A DNA stretch of 64,000 nt from Squalus acanthias. Its lineage: Eukaryota. The DNA lies in the NCBI GenBank assembly GCA_030390025.1, contig CM059431.1, positions 96,536,001-96,600,000 on the forward strand. The letters are read 5' to 3'. The first letter of the stretch is position 1, and each line of letters starts with the position of its first letter. The notes under the pieces were generated by a model. That model was not told the origin of the DNA. It did no database searches and worked only from the letters and a program-made list of their open reading frames with translations. The position numbers and the translations under genes were made by a program. This document shows positions 61,170 through 64,000 of this stretch, one piece after another.

Positions 61170-62430
61170 CCATAGAAATATAGAAGATAGGAGCAGGAGT
61201 AGGCCATTCAGCCCCTCTAGCCTGCTCCGCCATTCAATGCGATCATGGCTGATCATCCAAATTCAGAACCCTGTCCCTGCTTTCTCCCCATATCCCTTGA
61301 TCCCTTTAGCCTTAAGAAATATATCCAACTCCTTCTTGAATATATTTAATGAATTGGCCTCCACTGCCTTCTGTGGTAGAGAATTCCACAGGTTCACCAC
61401 CCTCTGGGTGAAGAAATTCCTCCTCATTTCTGTCCTAAATAGCTTACCCCTTATCCTTAGACTGTGACCCCTGGTTCTGGACTCCCCGACCATCGGGAAC
61501 ATCCTTCCTGCATCTAGTTTGTCCAGTCCTGTCAGAATTTTATAAGTTTCAATGAGATCCCCTCTCATTCTTCTAAACTCCAGCGAGTATAAGCCCAATC
61601 GACCCAATCTCTCCTCATATGTCATTCCTGCCATCCCAGGTATCAGCCTGGTGAATCGTCGCTGAACTCCTTCCATGGCAAGAACCTCCTTCCTCAGATA
61701 AGGCGACCAAAACTGCACACAATACTCAAGATGTGGTCTCACCAAGGCCCTGTACAACTGCAGCAAGACATCCTTGTTCCTGTACTCAAACCCTCTCGCT
61801 ACGAAGGCCAACATACCATTTGCCTTCTTAACCACCTGCTGCACCTGCATGCTTATCTTCAGCAACTGGTGCACAAGGACACCCAGGTCTCATTGCACTT
61901 CCCCTTCTCCCAATCTATTCCCATTCAGATAATAATCTGCCTTCCTGTTTTTGACACCAAAGTGGATAACCTCGCATTTATCCACGTTATATTGCATCTG
62001 CCATGCTTCTGTCCAATCACCCAACCTGTCCAAATCATCCTGGAGTTTCTCGGCATCCTCCTCACAGCACACACGCCCACCCAGCTTTGTGTCGTCTGCA
62101 AACTTGGAGATATTACAGCTAGTTCCCTTGTCTAGATCATTAATATATATTGTGAATAGCTGGGGTCCAAGGACCGATCCCTGCGGTACCCCACTAGTCA
62201 CTGCCTGCCACTCGGAAAAAGACCCGTTTATTCCAACTCTTTGCTTTCTGTCTGCCAACCAGTTCTCTATCCAAGTCAATACCTTGCCCCCAATCCCATG
62301 TGCCTTAACTTTACATGCTAATCTCTTATGCGGGACCTTATCAAAAGCCTTTTGAAAGTCCAAATACACCACATCCACTGGTTCTCCCTTATCTATTTTA
62401 CCAGTTACATCCTCAAAAAATTCCAGTAGA
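61170..62430 (-). mobile_element. CR1 LINE RT and 3' end
   Basis: ORFs 61890-62378 and 61263-61874 with DFQKAFD, GVPQG and FADDTK; hairpin tail. Confidence 0.92.
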
Positions 62431-62509
62431 TTACATCTCGACCGGAAAGAGACTCCACTTCTTACCCCCTCCCATGGAAGATAATCACTACTTAGTCATA
62501 TCACCTTGG

Positions 62510-63830
62510 AGACAAAGAGCTTAAGGGATGGTCTGATTAAGCTATTAAAAATATTGAAGAGAATTGACAGAGTTGATAGGGAAAGATTTTTCCCTTGGAG
62601 AGGAATCTAGAACGAGAGAACAGAATCTTAGAATCAGAATTAAGCTGGGTCAAAGGGAATCCTGAAAAAATGTCTCCATGCAAAGAGTTGTGAGTTATGG
62701 GGATATAATACACCAGAAGGGTATAGATGGAGAATCAATCTGGGAGTTTAAAAAGGAGAGATACACTTGGGAAGGAAGGGTATAAAGGGACACGGTCAAA
62801 GGGCAAGGAATTGCGACGGATAAAGGAAGAGCTGCCATGACTACAAAACAGCCAAGTAAGCTCTACAGGGCAATTGTGGTGTCTGAAGGTACAGTGGAGA
62901 TATTCAATAAATATTTTGCATTGGTGATCTGGGAAGTAAGAATGCAGATGTACCAGATGGAGAATATGGAACAATTGTTAGAGATAACTGATAGAAAAGG
63001 AATTGGTTTAAGAAAAAAAATGAACATAACTCAAGGTTAATAAGTCACTGGGCACAGATGGCTGCTCTCTGGGCTTTTGTAAGAAGTTAGAGAAAAATTG
63101 CAAGGTTCTGACCACAATTTTTCAATCCTCGTTAAATATGCAAACTGTGCTGTGGGATTGTATCCAATGTAATACCCTTGTTAAAGAAAGAGAAGGATGA
63201 ACTGGGTAACTAAAGACCAGTTAGTCTGAAGTCAGTTGTGAGCAAACTTTAACAATCTATAATTCAAGATAAAATGAATGAGCATTTAGAAATGAATGGA
63301 TTAATCAAGGACAGCCAGCACAGAGTTATCAAATTTAATAGAATTTTTTTGGAAGAAGTGACTACTTGGATAGGTAAGCAGAATGCAGCAGTGTATATGG
63401 ATTTTCAGAAGGCCTTTGGTAAGGTGTGTCACAAGAGGCTTTCTAGACAAATTAAGGTTTATGGTCTAAGAGGAAAATTGATAACCTCTTGCCATTGACT
63501 CCCTAACCTGAGAAAATAGTTTTCCCTATTCACTCTATCAATACCCTTCCTAATATTGAAAATCTCTGTTAAATCTCCTCTTGGCCTTCTCTGCTCCAGT
63601 GGAAATAGTCCCATTATCTCAAGTCTCTCCTCATAACTATAGCTTCCCATCCCTGCATCATCCTAGTGAATCTGTACGCTCTCAATGGTTTTTAATGTCC
63701 TTTCTGTAATGGGCAGCCCAAAGCTGCGCACAGTCTCTAACTGTGGTCTGACTGATGTTCTGTACAAATTTATTACCGCTTTACTCTGGTACTCTAAGCC
63801 CCTATTTATAATACCCAAAATAAGCCCCTA
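62510..63830. mobile_element. Cluster of old CR1 remnants in both orientations
   Basis: YMDFQKAF on the plus strand (63274-63498) and YEERLE..GLFPLEQRR on the minus strand (63459-63650). Confidence 0.65.
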
Positions 63831-64000
63831 TTTAATGGAAAGACTTCAAATTACAAATTTAAGATAATTAACTATTAGATTTTCTTGCAATTGAGAAGTT
63901 TAACATTTGGTTGCAATGGCAAAGAATCGATGGATTAACAGAAATGCCCACCCTGAATAACTGTCTCTCGGCAAGCTCTCACTCTGCCTGAGAATTGTTC

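Overview
Vertebrate genomic DNA, most likely a cartilaginous fish (inferred from the CR1/L2/Deu-SINE repeat landscape). The window holds the 3' part of the P4-ATPase phospholipid flippase gene ATP11A on the minus strand. Ten coding exons can be spliced by hand with canonical GT-AG sites and consistent phases, from 59047 to the stop codon at 1450. They give about 387 aa, from the end of the P-domain (GDGAND) through TM5-TM10 to the C-terminus ...[18 protein letters not shown] candidate 24-nt in-frame microexon lies at 34758-34781. Most intronic sequence is decayed transposable elements: nested CR1 LINEs, L2 LINEs, two short-LTR Ty3/Gypsy elements, tRNA-headed SINEs (including Deu-domain SINEs), two palindromic Penelope-like insertions (one with a degenerate minimal hammerhead-ribozyme motif) and several minisatellites. 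Nearly all other ORFs in the supplied track are TE fragments or repeat artefacts. No new protein-coding system was found. The best leads concern splicing regulation (the microexon, a distant-branch-point C-terminal exon next to a UGCAUG-rich minisatellite, and inverted CR1 copies around one exon) and the hammerhead-like palindromic elements.
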